From the NCBI GenBank assembly GCA_964016885.1, contig OZ024742.1, positions 6,758,001 to 6,822,000 on the forward strand: a DNA stretch of 64,000 bases, given 5' to 3'. Both the position numbers and the translations under genes were made by a program. Of the stretch, positions 12,531 to 25,739 are shown one piece after another. A model generated the notes under the pieces. It was not told the DNA's origin and made no database searches. It saw nothing but the letters and a program-made list of their open reading frames with translations. Position 1 is the first letter of the stretch. Each line of letters opens with the position of its first letter. Origin of the DNA: Eledone cirrhosa (taxonomy: Eukaryota).

Positions 12531-13205
12531 TCCATATATCTAAAACAGAGAATGTCTGTCTGTCTGACTCCCTAAAACTCGAGAACCGCCAACCGATTTT
12601 TTTCAAACTTTACACATGTAATACTTATGGTCGTGTAGGTGTTTTGAGCAAAATTTATTTCAAACTTTCAATGCCCTAGGGACCGCATTAGGCACCGAAC
12701 TTCGCGCCTTTATATTAACTGTCTATATGTCTGGCTTTCTGTATTACGACATCATGACGCTATCTGTGCGTGTGTGTATATATGTATATATAGTGTGTGT
12801 ATATATAATGTGTAACGTGTTTCGAAATATTTACTTCTGCATTCACAGATTGATTTTTTAGGTTCAAAAATCCCGTTAATGGTGAAAGCAGCGATTTTTT
12901 GATTAAATTTTAATCTGTTATTGTAACTATTGCTTTCATTGTACCATAGCACAACAAATACATGTTCGGTGTGTCGAATGCCTTTTTACTTAACCCTATC
13001 GTCTTGGCTTTCGTGGGTTTAACATTTTACTCTCAGGCACCCAATTAAGTTAAACCTCTGGTAATCTACGACGAATTTTTATATAAGCACAAAATGTAGA
13101 TACCATCCCCAGGCCGAGGTATTTCGTACTTCTCTGTACTGTTTCAGAAAAGAGGCTTAAACATGCCAATCTATGTTTAGAAGCCCGAGCAACGCCGGGC
13201 CATTA
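12531..13205 (+). mobile_element. Near-complete non-autonomous Helitron lacking terminal CTAG
   Basis: TCCATATATCTAAAACAGAG head and CCCGAGCAACGCCGGGCCAT terminal hairpin at 13184-13203. Confidence 0.7.
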
Positions 13206-13509
13206 TGAATGGACCTGTTATTTTTATCTAAAGACATTTTTTCCAATTCCATCCCGCCCGTCCCCTCAATCTATTTTATTTTTCATTCTTTCTTCTGATG
13301 AAGGACTAGCGTCTAAGATGTGGTTACAACCTTACCATTGTCGATACGCACAGGGTCAGGTAAGCAACGTTTATTTTGAGACGTTTGTTTACTGCACCTG
13401 CCCGCCTGGGTCATTTGAACCTGGTTCTGGGATGCATGGTTAGTTTCCGGATGTTTTTTGCAGCGCCTGCCCGCCGGGTTGTTAAAGCTTGTTGCAGGGA
13501 GACCCGGTA

Positions 13510-16500
13510 TACGGTTTCACTCCTCATCCTTATCCCATCTGAAGAAGAATATTTTTAAGCGATGTGTACAGCCTATCGTCGTTTCAGCTCTGCTGTTGAT
13601 CAGCTCGTGGGGTGCAGTTATGATGTGGTAGAGCTCCATGAGCCAAAGATCGCACATCCACTTGAAGTTGTACGGTGCAGCCCTGCCGATAATATCCCTG
13701 TGCGTGGAGAAGTTGGTGTTTAAGTCTTTTAATGATGTGATGTAGTCCGCGAGCGAAGTGGAGTGTCTTAATTTCTTATTTGTGAAAGAGTGGAGATGTG
13801 TTCGAAATCTAATTTTGAACGGGCCAGAGGTAGCCCTTATATAATGTTTAACGCTATTGTGGCTAGTTACAGTGCACCTATATATAACCCTATCAGTCAA
13901 GCAGTATCCTCTAAGGGGCAGCGTCCCCTGTCGCGGCAGTTGCAATTTCTGTCGCGGTTCCTTCTAATTCCTACGGTAAGGCTATCATTATTGCTATCTA
14001 CGTTGGATTGGCAGTATTGGTAGAGTGTCGGATGCCATGCTTTGGCGCATAGAGTTACGGCCCTTGCCATTCTGAGTTCAAATCCCGCCAAGGTTAACTT
14101 TGCCTTTCATCCTTACGGGGTCGATAACATAAAGTACCAGTAATACACTGGGTAATTGCTGGCCTTGTGCCTAACGTAGAAACAATTATTCCTATCTACG
14201 CTGTTATGGACGCTCCCGCACCTGTCGTTAGCACCATTATAACCCACTGTGCGCGGGGTGGTATCATTATTATTCCGCACGTCATGTCCTGCATGTTCCC
14301 CCGTCATGTCGCGGTTATGCTGGTTGCATCTGTAGAAGCTGTTGCCAGCACTATTGTATGCTGCTAGGGAGTCGTTAAGGCCGATATAGTTATTGTCAGG
14401 TGTAGGTGCGCCTGTGCTAAGGTGCTGTGTCTTGGTGATCTTACTGTGGTTAGTTGTTCCTATGATGTCTGCTAGGTTAGGAGTAGTAGAGAAGGATATT
14501 TTTATATTGTTCCTATTAAGGATTTTTCTATACCTATGGCTGGGTGGGAAGTTCTTCTCTAAGGCTTCGAAGAATATCCGGGGTATGTTGGCGGCCACAC
14601 TCCGGGAGTAGGGAGGATGGAACCATAGGACGTTACGGTGGCGATTACGTGCCTTGTACGTTTGCTACGGGTGGTTCCATCAAGGTGACCGTTCTTATGC
14701 ATGTTAATGCGCTGTAGCCCGTTACGTGCCCCTTTCACTTTATGCTCGGGTGTACTCTTCTTACTTCTATGTTTATGCACAGGAAGATGTTGGTTGGAAG
14801 GCGTTGGTAGTAGGTCGTTGCCTTTGTTGATTTCATAGTAGGGGAATAATTCGAGTAGGCTACAGTGGTCACTGTCAGCGGGGTCGTGATCTTTATTGTG
14901 TGGTAAGTTACTTATACCGTCGCCAGTATACTTAACGTTGCGGCCGTGTTCCTCAGTTCGATTATCTATACTATTATATTCTACTCCTACGAATTCGCCG
15001 CGTGATCGGTTATAGGTATGGCTTACTATATGGTTCGTCTTATGAGGGGGGGGGGGGGGTTCTGCAACTAGTGTTAGGGATGTCGGAAATTCCTCGGTTA
15101 AAGCCAGCGCTTATCAAGGCCCTATTGTCGTAATCTGCCGCTTGGTTGAAGATATCCTCATTGGCTGAGAGCCTCGAGATTCTATGTGAGATGCTATAGA
15201 CTATGGAGTGGAGAGTCTGCTTAGGGTGGTTTCAGGCATAATTAATATAAGAAAGGCTCTCTCCAGGCTTATGGTATGGCTTGTATATGCCCGTACTCAA
15301 CTCCAGGGTCACGTCCAGGAAGTTGACAACCTGGTGGTTGAGGTCTATAGTTACGGAACCTGTGTATATGCTTGTTAAGGTTCTCTATCCTACGAGGGCT
15401 ATGGTTCCTAACGGTAAACAGGGCGTTGTCCCTATATACACCACCTTGTAGGGCCGGTATCTCGTCCCTAAGCTTATGGAGGAGGTATATTCCGACCAGG
15501 TCAGTCGCTTGCGCTGAGTCGCTGGACCCCATCGTGATATCGAAGTTATCAGGACGGTTGGTTCTAGTCCAGTAGGAGCCTTCGAACTGGATAATGGTTC
15601 TACGCGCCGCTAGAACTATGTCTATTTCTTTTTTAGTGAGGCTAGTGTTATATTTAGCTAATATGAGTGCCTTATTTAAGAGTATGGGAGAGATAGAGGC
15701 GTAATAACTATCTATCTCAAACTGGATGAACTTCAGGCTCGCTTTATCAGGCAACTCGGTGAACCAATTTATGACGTAGTCGGTGTTGCCCCAGAGGCAG
15801 ACCTTAACCTTTCTATTAAGCTCCAGTAGTATTATATTGAGGATCACTTTACTAATCTTACCTATATCAGATGTAGAGGGACATATTAGTCTAATAGAGG
15901 GGCTTTCATTAAAGTTACATTTGTGATCCTTAAGAGAGAATCTAGGCGTCAGAGGGACGTACGGGTTAGTGTACTATTCTATTTCTGAGCTGGTAACTAT
16001 ATCCTTCCTTACTCTATTTATGTCATTTAGGGTACTAAAGGTGTCTTTTTGTAGTCTTTGTGTAGTTCCTTATAAATGAATTGTTTATACTTGCTCGCGT
16101 CCATCTTGTACAGCTTCTTGGTTTTGTCGGAGGTGACGAAGAGGTGCGGGTCATTCTTGATCTTAGTTATTAGTGTATCAAGGGACGTTAAAAATGGATT
16201 GCTGCATCGGTGTTTCTTTTTGGACTTAACGTTTTTGATCATTTTCAGCAGGTGCTCTTCAAAGGAGTCAGGTAAGGTGTTGTGCGGTGGGTTTCGGTAT
16301 GTTTTGAAGCCATACCTCTCTTTAGGTTCAGGAAGGTTACGGGTGTTCTTATCTAGGTGGTAGGCCTTCCATCTGACTCTCCGTATAAACGAGTTAGTAG
16401 CGTCTATAAGTTGTTTGAGGTACGCTTTTCTGCTGGATAAGGGGATACACTTGAGAGACATGGCTAACGGCTGATTCTCCAACATTATGGCAAATAAAGT
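13510..16500 (-). mobile_element. Decayed Penelope-like retroelement (RT + C-terminal GIY-YIG; YRDD-type RT, possibly Nematis-like)
   Basis: ORF pieces: SLKCIP..FIRRVRWKA..YGFKT (16027-16485); FIQFEIDSYY, FDITMGSSDSAQ, GVYRDNAL (15269-15847); NFPPSHRYRKILNRNNIKISFSTT; CNCRDRGRCPL / CLTDRVIYRCTV..YIRATSGPFKIRF (13517-13945). Multiple frameshifts. Confidence 0.9.
14003..14190 (+). mobile_element. SINE inserted into the Penelope-like element, with 16-bp target-site duplication
   Basis: SINE core as at 10271. Flanks are ATTATTGCTATCTACG (13987-14002) and ATTATTCCTATCTACG (14185-14200). Confidence 0.9.
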
Positions 16501-16547
16501 GTTATGTATATATATAACACAAGGTTATATATATATATATATATATA

Positions 16548-16842
16548 TACATATCTTTACTTCAATAGAAAATCTGAACTCTGACACCCCAGCGAACTAA
16601 CCCTATTCACTGAACTAGAACAATTCTCCCATCCCATTTCTCTTGACCACTATCTTTTCCTTGTCATAACATTCTCTATAAAGGCTACAGAATAGATTTC
16701 CAAATAAGGGCGCGAAAATGTAATGAAAACTTGTTCACGTGACAGCCAAATTTCATTTATAACCAATCAAATCACGTTTATTAAAAAAAGCCTTCGTGAG
16801 CCACCTTTTTTTTAAGTAAAGAAATTGAAACACACACACACA

Positions 16843-16925
<83 letters not shown>

Positions 16926-17255
16926 CACACACACAGACGCACACACACACACAAGCACACAAATAAACATACATATCTTTACTTTCTTTATTCAATAGAA
17001 AATCTGAATTCTGACACCCCAGCGAACTAACCATATTCACTGAACCAGAACAATTCTCCTATCCCATTTCTCTTGACCATTATCTTTCACTTATCATAAA
17101 ATTCTCTAAAAAGGCTACAGAATCGATTTCCAAATAAGGGCGCGAAAATTTAATGAAAACTTGTTCACGTGACAGCCATAGTTTCATTTATAACCAACCA
17201 AAAAAAAGCCTTCGTGAGCCCATTTTTTCAAGTAAAAATAAATTCAAACACTCAT
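16548..17255. repeat. Tandem duplication, ~430-bp period, copies separated by (CA)n
   Basis: TCAATAGAAAATCTGAA.TCTGACACCCCAGCGAACTAACC at 16562 and 16992, continuing to AAAAAAAGCCTTCGTGAGCC. Confidence 0.9.
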
Positions 17256-17484
17256 ATATGAAAAATAAAACCTGTGACACTCCCCCCCCTTATTTGAAGA
17301 ACTATTGCAACGCGAACTGGCGCGAAATTTATTATAATTATTGACCAACCAATCAAATTACTTCTCGAAAAACCTGGCATTTCGAGCCACTTTTTCCATA
17401 TAAAACAAGTAACATTCAGAGACCAACCAGATGTGAGAAAAACCACAAACCCTCCATCTCAACTCTACTTTTGAAAAGCAGAAG

Positions 17485-17553
<69 letters not shown>

Positions 17554-17739
17554 TTTTTACCGGTTGCGCATTTCTAAATGCTTTTCAAAAATAATTTTGA
17601 GATAGAGTGTCCGTGCTGTTTGCTCTGATCTGATTAGTTTTGGGAATTCTACCTGTTTTTATGTTAAAAAAGTGGCTCCAGCGTTATTTTTGTGTTGCAA
17701 AAATGCTTGTGGTCAAAACAATTTTGATTGGTCGGTAGA

Positions 17740-17929
17740 GGTCATGTGAATGTAAAAAGTTGATTTTGCGCCAAGACTGTTTTTATGTTAAAATGTTTAA
17801 AAAGTGGCTCCAGCAAAAATTATTGGTCAAAACAATTTTGATTGGTCGGTAGAGGTCATGTGGATAAAAAATTGGTTTTGCGCCAAGATTGAGAAATGAC
17901 TCTTTCACAACAAATATGTGTGTGTGTGT

Positions 17930-18001
<72 letters not shown>

Positions 18002-18072
18002 AGTAGTAGTAGTAAGGTGTTCGATGCTGCGACAATGGCCAGCAGCGATGTGTGTCAAATGGCTATTAAGAT

Positions 18073-18139
<67 letters not shown>

Positions 18140-18259
18140 GCAGAGTCATTCGAAGGTCAAAAGATATTTTTCAGCTTTTGTCTTATACGGAGAAGTGTGT
18201 GTGTGTGTGTGTGTATAAGTCTCTTTGTATGTTGATGTACGCGTGTGTATGTGTTTGTG

Positions 18260-18290
<31 letters not shown>

Positions 18291-18427
18291 ATGTGTGTGT
18301 GTGTGTGGGTGGACCAGTATTTTTTCCCCTGGTAAAATGGTGTACATTATTCGATTTTTTCAGTAAAATCGGTTCTCTTAATAGAACATCAAAAATCTTA
18401 ACATTAAAAGGTGTGAAATGATATTCA
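17740..18427. repeat. Left arm of ~690-bp inverted repeat flanking the Penelope element
   Basis: Reverse complement of 21894-22600 including unique spacers. The ORF track gives mirrored peptides (17783-18058 minus vs 22306-22557 plus). Confidence 0.95.
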
Positions 18428-21400
18428 ATGGCTTAACTCAACCCCTCTAACTCTCCCCCGTAAACTACAAATAAAGTCCATTCCAAATGAACCCGAACCT
18501 CAAAGACACCTTAGGGAAAGAATGGCATTGGAAAAAATGAAGACAGAAATTGAACTTCTTAAACTGAGGGCCCAGACAAATGAGGAAAAAATCAAAACCA
18601 TCGATGAAGAGATCCTCCTGGAAATCAACAACAAAACTGAAGGCCCCAAGGTAGAGAAGATCTCCAAATTATGGAAAGGGGACTGCAACAGAGAAGAACT
18701 GAAATCCCTTCAACGCTGGGAAAAAAGTGCCGCTTGGTTCCTACACTATGAATCGATTTTCAAACGGATTACACCTCCAATAACCCGTTCATAAAAATAG
18801 GAAAACCCATAACTGAACCGCACAACAACTTCTCAAACCCCCAAGCCTCAAACAAACGAAGAAGGAAGCACCACACCGAAGATGAACTTCCCAACCTCGC
18901 TACCATAAGAAGGAACAAAAACCCAAGAAATCATCTCCCCCAGAATGACATTCACAACTTTCCCCCTTCAAGGAGACACCATACCAAATCACTCAACTTC
19001 TACGCGGATTCCTCATCGTCAAACATAGGGAAAAGATACCACCGCCATGATAGATGCAACAACTTCCCCGCTTCAAGGGGACAGCAAGGTAATTACCATT
19101 TTCTCATCTCTCACTTCCACAATACACAACAAACCCACACCACACGATACAACCAACAACGTAGGCCACTTATAACACCACAATACAACATGGCACATAG
19201 AAACACACACCCATACTCGCAGTACAGGAACACCCCATTCAATCTACAACCACCAACCCGAACCACATTTTACAACAACAAGGAATATAACAAACACAGA
19301 AGATCACTTAACATCAGCAGAAACCCCTCTACCCCAACCATTTTTTAGACACAGCACACAGATACAGGCAAACAAAATAACACAAGACAGGGAGGAGAAA
19401 CCGATAGTAATAAAAATTATCAATCTTACTAGTGCAGAACCAACACCCAACCTTATCAACTTACTCTCCAAAGGTCTTAAATTCACACCGACCCCACTAC
19501 GTCCTAACTACTATGAAATGAAGGAAGACATCACAGACTTCTGTAGAAAGTTACGACTTAGTGAACAACTATTCGACCAGTACAATGAGGATGAATCATT
19601 AGCCAGAAATAGAAGCAATTACACCCCTTCAAAAGGTAGAAATAAAATCCTGGACGAATTCTGTGAACACATCACAAACTTCCCTTACCAACACTTGCAC
19701 AGACAAAAACACAAGCCAAACCTCAACAAGAAAGAATGGGAAGAATTAAATAGATTAAAAACCGACAGAACCATTACAATTAAAGAGGCTGATAAAGGGA
19801 GTACAGTAGTCCTAATGGAGACAGAATTCTATATCAACTTAGCGCTCTCCACTTTGGAAAACGAAACATACTACGAAAAGGCTGAACACTACAATCAACA
19901 GAAAATTATGAGAAACCCAAAAACTCTAATCAACCAATACAAAGAAGGACTCACTAACAAGGAATTCAGCTTCATCACAGACTTCACAAGTAAATCCAGC
20001 CTTTTCTACGGTATCCCTAAAGTACATAAAAGCGAATCAATCAGTAAGGCATGCAAGGAAGCCACAGACATAGTCATCAATGTCCCCTCACCCAATGATC
20101 TCAAATTAAGACCTATAATAGCAGGCCCCGCTTGCGAAACGCACCGTCTTAGCAACTTCATTGATACCCTTCTCAAACCCTTCCTCAAGCACATCAAAAG
20201 CTATATAAGGGACGACCTAGATATGCTCAATCACCTCCCTAATATGCCACTTTCTGAACAAACCCTACTAGTGACGTTCGATGTAGTCAACCTATACTCC
20301 AACATCCCCCACAACCTAGGAATAGAAGCTATCCAATTCTGGCTGGATAATTTCCACAATGAACTCCCACAACGCATCAAAAAAGAATTCGTGATAGAGG
20401 GACTCAAATTTATCTCGGAGAACAATTACTTCGTTTTCAATAACAAACCCTACAGGCAGAAATCTGGGACCGCTATGGGAACGAAAACAGCCCCTACTTA
20501 TGCCAACCTAGTCATGGGATACCTGGAAATCACCCTCTACCCTAAAGTCCTAAACAAATTTGGAAACACCCTCCACTTACACATTGAAAGGAACTGAAAG
20601 CGATATCTAGATGACTGCTTCATCCTTTGGCACGAAAACATCAAAAAACTTAAAGAATTTCACACCCTTATAAATGGGCTCAACACAAATATTAACTTCA
20701 CGATGGAATACAGCCATCAACAACTTCCCTTCCTCGACATCCTCATTAAGATCCATAACAAAAAAATAGAAACAGGCATATACTACAAGCCCACAGACTC
20801 CAAGCAATACCTCCCCTTCAACTCTTGCCACCCTAGACACGTTAAAATTAATATTCCCTACAACTTAGCCAAGAGAATCTGTCTCCAATAAAAACATCTG
20901 CTACTTACGGCTACAAGAACTAAAGGACACACTCATAGGCAGGGACTACCCTGCATCACTAATTGACAATGGAATCCAACGTGCCCTAAAACTCAGTACC
21001 CAGGACCTTAGACACCCTAAAGTAAATCAACCAAAACTAAAAGCTCTTCCATACATCTCCACACACAACCCCCTCAACAATGAGGCCTTTGACACCATCC
21101 TCCAGAACATCCCTGTATTGAAAAAGGACCATAGAATGAACCAAATTCTACGAACACACGATATCATAAAGAGCAAAAGACAATCCAAGTCAATGAAAAA
21201 CATCTTAACACATGCCAAAGTACTGCCAACCACAACAACGAAACCCACAGTAAAAAAATGCGATAGACCCAACTGTGGAATTTGCATCAACCTAATAGAG
21301 GGTTCAGAATTCTATTTCAAAGATGGACAACGTTTTATAGTAAAACACAATTTCACATGTGCATCGGAAAATCTAATATATGTATTAACTTGTTCAGGTT

Positions 21401-21760
21401 GTCGAGAACAATACATAGGCCAGACCAAAAACAGCCTCCGCCAACGCATGACTGTCCATAGATCCCAAATTAAAATACGGGAATACAGGAAAATACCACT
21501 GAGTGAACACATTGATACCTGTGCCGCCCAAAATCATTCCAACTTCAGAATCTTTCCCCTCTACAAATTTAAAGATAATGCCACCCACACCCAGCGCATC
21601 AGCAAGGAATCTTACTTCATTAACAAATACGGACCCCGTCTAAACACTTCTCCCTAAGACGAACCCACAACATACACACGTCAACATACATACCTACATC
21701 AGCACACATCTCTACCCACATATAAACACGATGACACACGTAAACACACATGCTCTATGG
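18428..21760 (+). mobile_element. Penelope-like retroelement, Neptune-type, lightly decayed
   Basis: RT: IKEADKGSTVV, FYGIPKVHK, LRPII, TFDVVNLYSNIP, QKSGTAMGTKTAPTYANLVMG, (W>stop)KRYLDDCF, LPFLDI, YYKPTD, SCHP. Cys linker CDRPNCGIC and GIY-YIG NLIYVLTCSGCREQYIGQT..R..H (21118-21657). Confidence 0.95.
19518..21657 (+). pseudogene. Penelope RT-GIY-YIG polyprotein with in-frame TGA (20595-20597) and a disruption near 20890
   Basis: ORFs 19518-20597, 20703-20891 and 21118-21657 carry consecutive PLE motifs. Confidence 0.9.
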
Positions 21761-21799
21761 TGCAATACAAAAAAATATATGTGCATATATAAGTATGTA

Positions 21800-21864
<65 letters not shown>

Positions 21865-21893
21865 AATGTGTGTATGTGTGTGTATATGTATAG

Positions 21894-22021
21894 TGAATAT
21901 CATTTCACACCTTTTAATGTTAAGATTTTTGATGTTCTATTAAGAGAACCGATTTTACTGAAAAAATCGAATAATGTACACCATTTTACCAGGGGAAAAA
22001 AATACTGGTCCACCCACACAC

Positions 22022-22094
<73 letters not shown>

Positions 22095-22235
22095 AACACA
22101 TACACACGCGTACATCAACATACAAAGGGACTTATACACACACACACACACTTCTCCGTATAAGACAAAAGCTGAAAAATATCTTTTGACCTTCGAATGA
22201 CTCTGCTTCGAATGACTCTGCTTCGAATGACTCTG

Positions 22236-22291
<56 letters not shown>

Positions 22292-22362
22292 ATCTTAATA
22301 GCCATTTGACACACATCGCTGCTGGCCATTGTCGCAGCATCGAACACCTTACTACTACTACT

Positions 22363-22426
<64 letters not shown>

Positions 22427-22600
22427 TTGTTGTGAAAGAGTCATTTCTCAATCTTGGCGCAAAACCAATTTTTTATCCACATGACCTCTACCGACCAATC
22501 AAAATTGTTTTGACCAATAATTTTTGCTGGAGCCACTTTTTTAACATTTTAACATAAAAACAGTCTTGGCGCAAAATCAACTTTTTACATTCACATGACC
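21894..22600. repeat. Right arm of ~700-bp inverted repeat
   Basis: Reverse complement of 17740-18427, with a 15-bp triplication at 22192-22236. Confidence 0.95.
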
Positions 22601-22916
22601 TTGGCCTTGCACTCGAAAGATTCTGAGTTCAATTCTCAGACCGGGTGATGTGTTGTTTCCTTGAGCAAGAGACTTTATTTCACATTGCTCCAGTTTACTC
22701 AGCTGTAGAAATGAGATGATAGGGACTGGGGTCCATATCATTCCACTGCAAAGTGGTCGTGGAGGTGCCACGGCAAAAAAGCACACACCACTCACTGTAA
22801 ATGAGGTTGGTGTTAGGAAGGGCATCCAGCTGTAGAAATCAAGCCACAATCAGTTCCCGTCCCACCCTTGCTAGCAGGGAAAAGCGGACGTAAAATGAAA
22901 TGATGATGATGATGAT
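22601..22916 (+). mobile_element. 5'-truncated SINE of a second family with (GAT)n tail
   Basis: B-box GAGTTCAATTC, core TTCCTTGAGCAAGAGACTT..ACTCAGCTGTAGAAATG, tail TTAGGAAGGGCATCCAGCTGTAGAAA...GCGGACGTAAAATG(ATG)n. Confidence 0.75.
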
Positions 22917-23117
22917 ATATATATATATATATATATTTAGGTTTGAAGGTTCACCACTGGATAGAGCTGGTCTATTCCGTATGGTCAATCTTGATGTAAT
23001 AATATGGAGAGTACTCAACGTAAAGCAGCTCAACCGTCTTCGTTTGTGTAGTTGGTGGTGCGAGTACGGAGTTAAATATTATAATTTTATCTGTTATATT
23101 CCTTTGTTATATTTCGA

Positions 23118-23175
23118 ATACCTGATGATATCACCGCATTCATACAGAACCCGGTCGTTGAAATGATCATAGTAT
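23118..23175 (+). ncRNA. Minimal type-I hammerhead ribozyme (stem II partly decayed)
   Basis: ATAC-CTGATGA-TATCACCG...CGGTCGTT-GAAA-TGATCA-TA-GTAT. Palindromic stem III TGATCA. Confidence 0.7.
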
Positions 23176-23401
23176 AATAAACATTTCAAGGATTTACACA
23201 AGTCCAGTCTCCTGTTATTTTATTATAATATATATATATATATATAGTGGATATATATATATATATTGGCAGTAGCACTAAGGCTACATTTAAGCATATG
23301 TGTATATTCCTATATTTAAACGCAGACACAAACAGCCATACAAACAAACACACACACCAAACAAAGAATATATATACGATTAAATACACACACAGACACG
23401 C

Positions 23402-23577
<176 letters not shown>

Positions 23578-24039
23578 ATGTGAGTATACTCCCATAAATA
23601 TTGGAGATACACTAGAAGCTAGGGATGTATATAACATTATTACCTGGCCCTACCGCAGGTCATATAAGTTGAACATGGCGGTGTGGGTTATTTAACGCTA
23701 CTTTTCTGACCTCCTACCGTGATGGGGAGACTTTTAGGATGAGGACTTCATATTTTGGCGCCGCAACTAACAGCGTCTTCCGTGATAATCTCCCCGAGGC
23801 CACCACTATGGAATTGTCGAAACAGATGGAAACATCTACATATAGACAGAGCAAGGAAGCAAAGAGAAAAAGAAAACACGTTTACATACACATGGGTACA
23901 CATACACACGTTCATTCAGGAATGCACACACACACATACATATATGCATGGACGCACACACACTCATACATACACCCCCTACACATATACATAGATAAAT
24001 ATGCTTATGAATGGGTGTATACATACATCCAACATTGAT

Positions 24040-24151
<112 letters not shown>

Positions 24152-24595
24152 GTATGGAGAGAGTCAGAGAGAGGAGAGAGAGAAGAGGGAGAGGGACCGA
24201 GTGAGTGAGAAAGATAAATAGATACAGGGAGAAAGATAAAGAGATAAAGAGATAGAGAGAGAGGGTGAGAGATAGAGAGTGAGGTAGAGGGAAGACAGAC
24301 AATGATGTGTTGCATATATACACAAATAAATATGAATTCCATGTTTTCTTAAACAATGGCGTACCATATCCCATGGCGGAAGGTTTGGCATATTATCATA
24401 AAAAATGATAGAGTCTATCATACACACTCATAAACACACACAGGCACACGTATACACACATATACACGCACACATAGGCATACATATACACACATATACG
24501 TACATGTGCGTGCACGTGTGTGTCTGTGCGTATGTGATTGTGAGTATGTAAGTGTGTCCGTTTATGTATTTATATATGAACATAAGTATATATGC

Positions 24596-24643
<48 letters not shown>

Positions 24644-24647
<4 letters not shown>

Positions 24648-25080
24648 TAAAAGAGAAAACACAGGTAAGCATGAAGAGAAGGATTTTATCCAGGTATTTA
24701 CGACCGTTTCATTGGTAAGTGCAACCTTATATTACTATACTGCAAATAGCAGCCACTCAATGATAATTGTTGTTCACGTCAAAATATTGACTTACTATTT
24801 TGAAAATTTGGACGTGAACAACAATTATCATTGAGTGGCTGCTATTTGCAGTATAGCAATATAAGGTTGCACTTACAAATGAAACGGTCGTAAATACCTG
24901 GATAAAATCCTTCTCTTAATACTTACCTGTGTTTTCTCTTTTATACTTTATACTCCAAGATTGAACGGAATTCTTACAAACTTGTGGAATTACCCCTAAC
25001 CGTACGTTGAAACCGTCCATGAAACTGACTTTCTTAACCACGAAGTGGATCAAAATAAACAATTTTCTGCTTCCCTAACT
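24644..25080 (+). mobile_element. Hairpin element (~140-bp arms 24644-24785 / 24807-24948) between (TA)n tracts, Penelope-terminus-like
   Basis: Near-perfect inverted arms. Right arm holds a hammerhead 3' half, GAAACGGTCGTA. Confidence 0.7.
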
Positions 25081-25098
25081 ATATATATATATATATAT

Positions 25099-25260
25099 AT
25101 AGGAACGAGTAGGACCCCGACGGCTTAGCTCAAGCCGTTTCGACGGCTAATTCAGCCGTCGGGGTCCTAGTCGTTCCTATTACCCACTCTACTACCCTAA
25201 GTATTGAGTACTTTGGTGCGTTATGGTCCATCGGGTTCCTTACCACATTTCCTTCATTAT
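25099..25260 (+). mobile_element. Short hairpin element between (TA)n tracts, same family as 42390-42595
   Basis: ATAGGAACGAGTAGGACCCCGACGGCT / AGCCGTCGGGGTCCTAGTCGTTCCTAT, then GTATTGAGTAC..TTATGGTCCATC.GGTTCCTTACCAC. Confidence 0.75.
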
Positions 25261-25739
25261 ATATATATATATATATATATGAGGGGTGGTGGAACTGGGG
25301 AAGCAGGGGACCCTGTCCTCCCCCTGATAATTATATTTTCTCCCCAAACTACCAAAACACATCTACTTGTATATGAGCTACAATTTATGGATGGGAGAGA
25401 TAGATATAGATATAGAAAGGGGGATTGTGAGAGTATGATTGATACAAAGAGGGGGAGGGAGTTTGGTGTTACTAGATTACTAGATATAGAGAGGGGGAAT
25501 GGAAGAGAGTTCCTTCTAGTAGATATAGAGGGGGAGAGTTTAGTGGTAATTGATATATAGAGGGGGATATAGAGAGTGAGAGAGTGTATTAGTCTTAGAT
25601 ATAGAGAATGGGACAAGAGAGGCGGTGTCGTGGTAGATATAGAGAGGGGTAGAGTTTGGTTTTAGTAGTTACAGAGAGGGGGATTAAAAGAGAGTTTTGT
25701 GTGATAGACATAGAGAGGAGAGGAGGAGAATTTGGTGGC

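Noticed and set aside
13295-13450. CTGATGA at the end of the minus-strand PLE as a hammerhead
   Set aside because: No matching GAAA / stem III / stem I found downstream.
20595-20597. In-frame TGA in the PLE RT as selenocysteine (as in Naiad elements)
   Set aside because: It falls at the conserved Trp of WKRYLDD (TGG>TGA), the endonuclease is C-terminal, and the ORF has another disruption.
23739-24038. Short ORF MRTSYFGAATNSV... as an exon
   Set aside because: No recognisable motif or splice support, and it runs into microsatellite.
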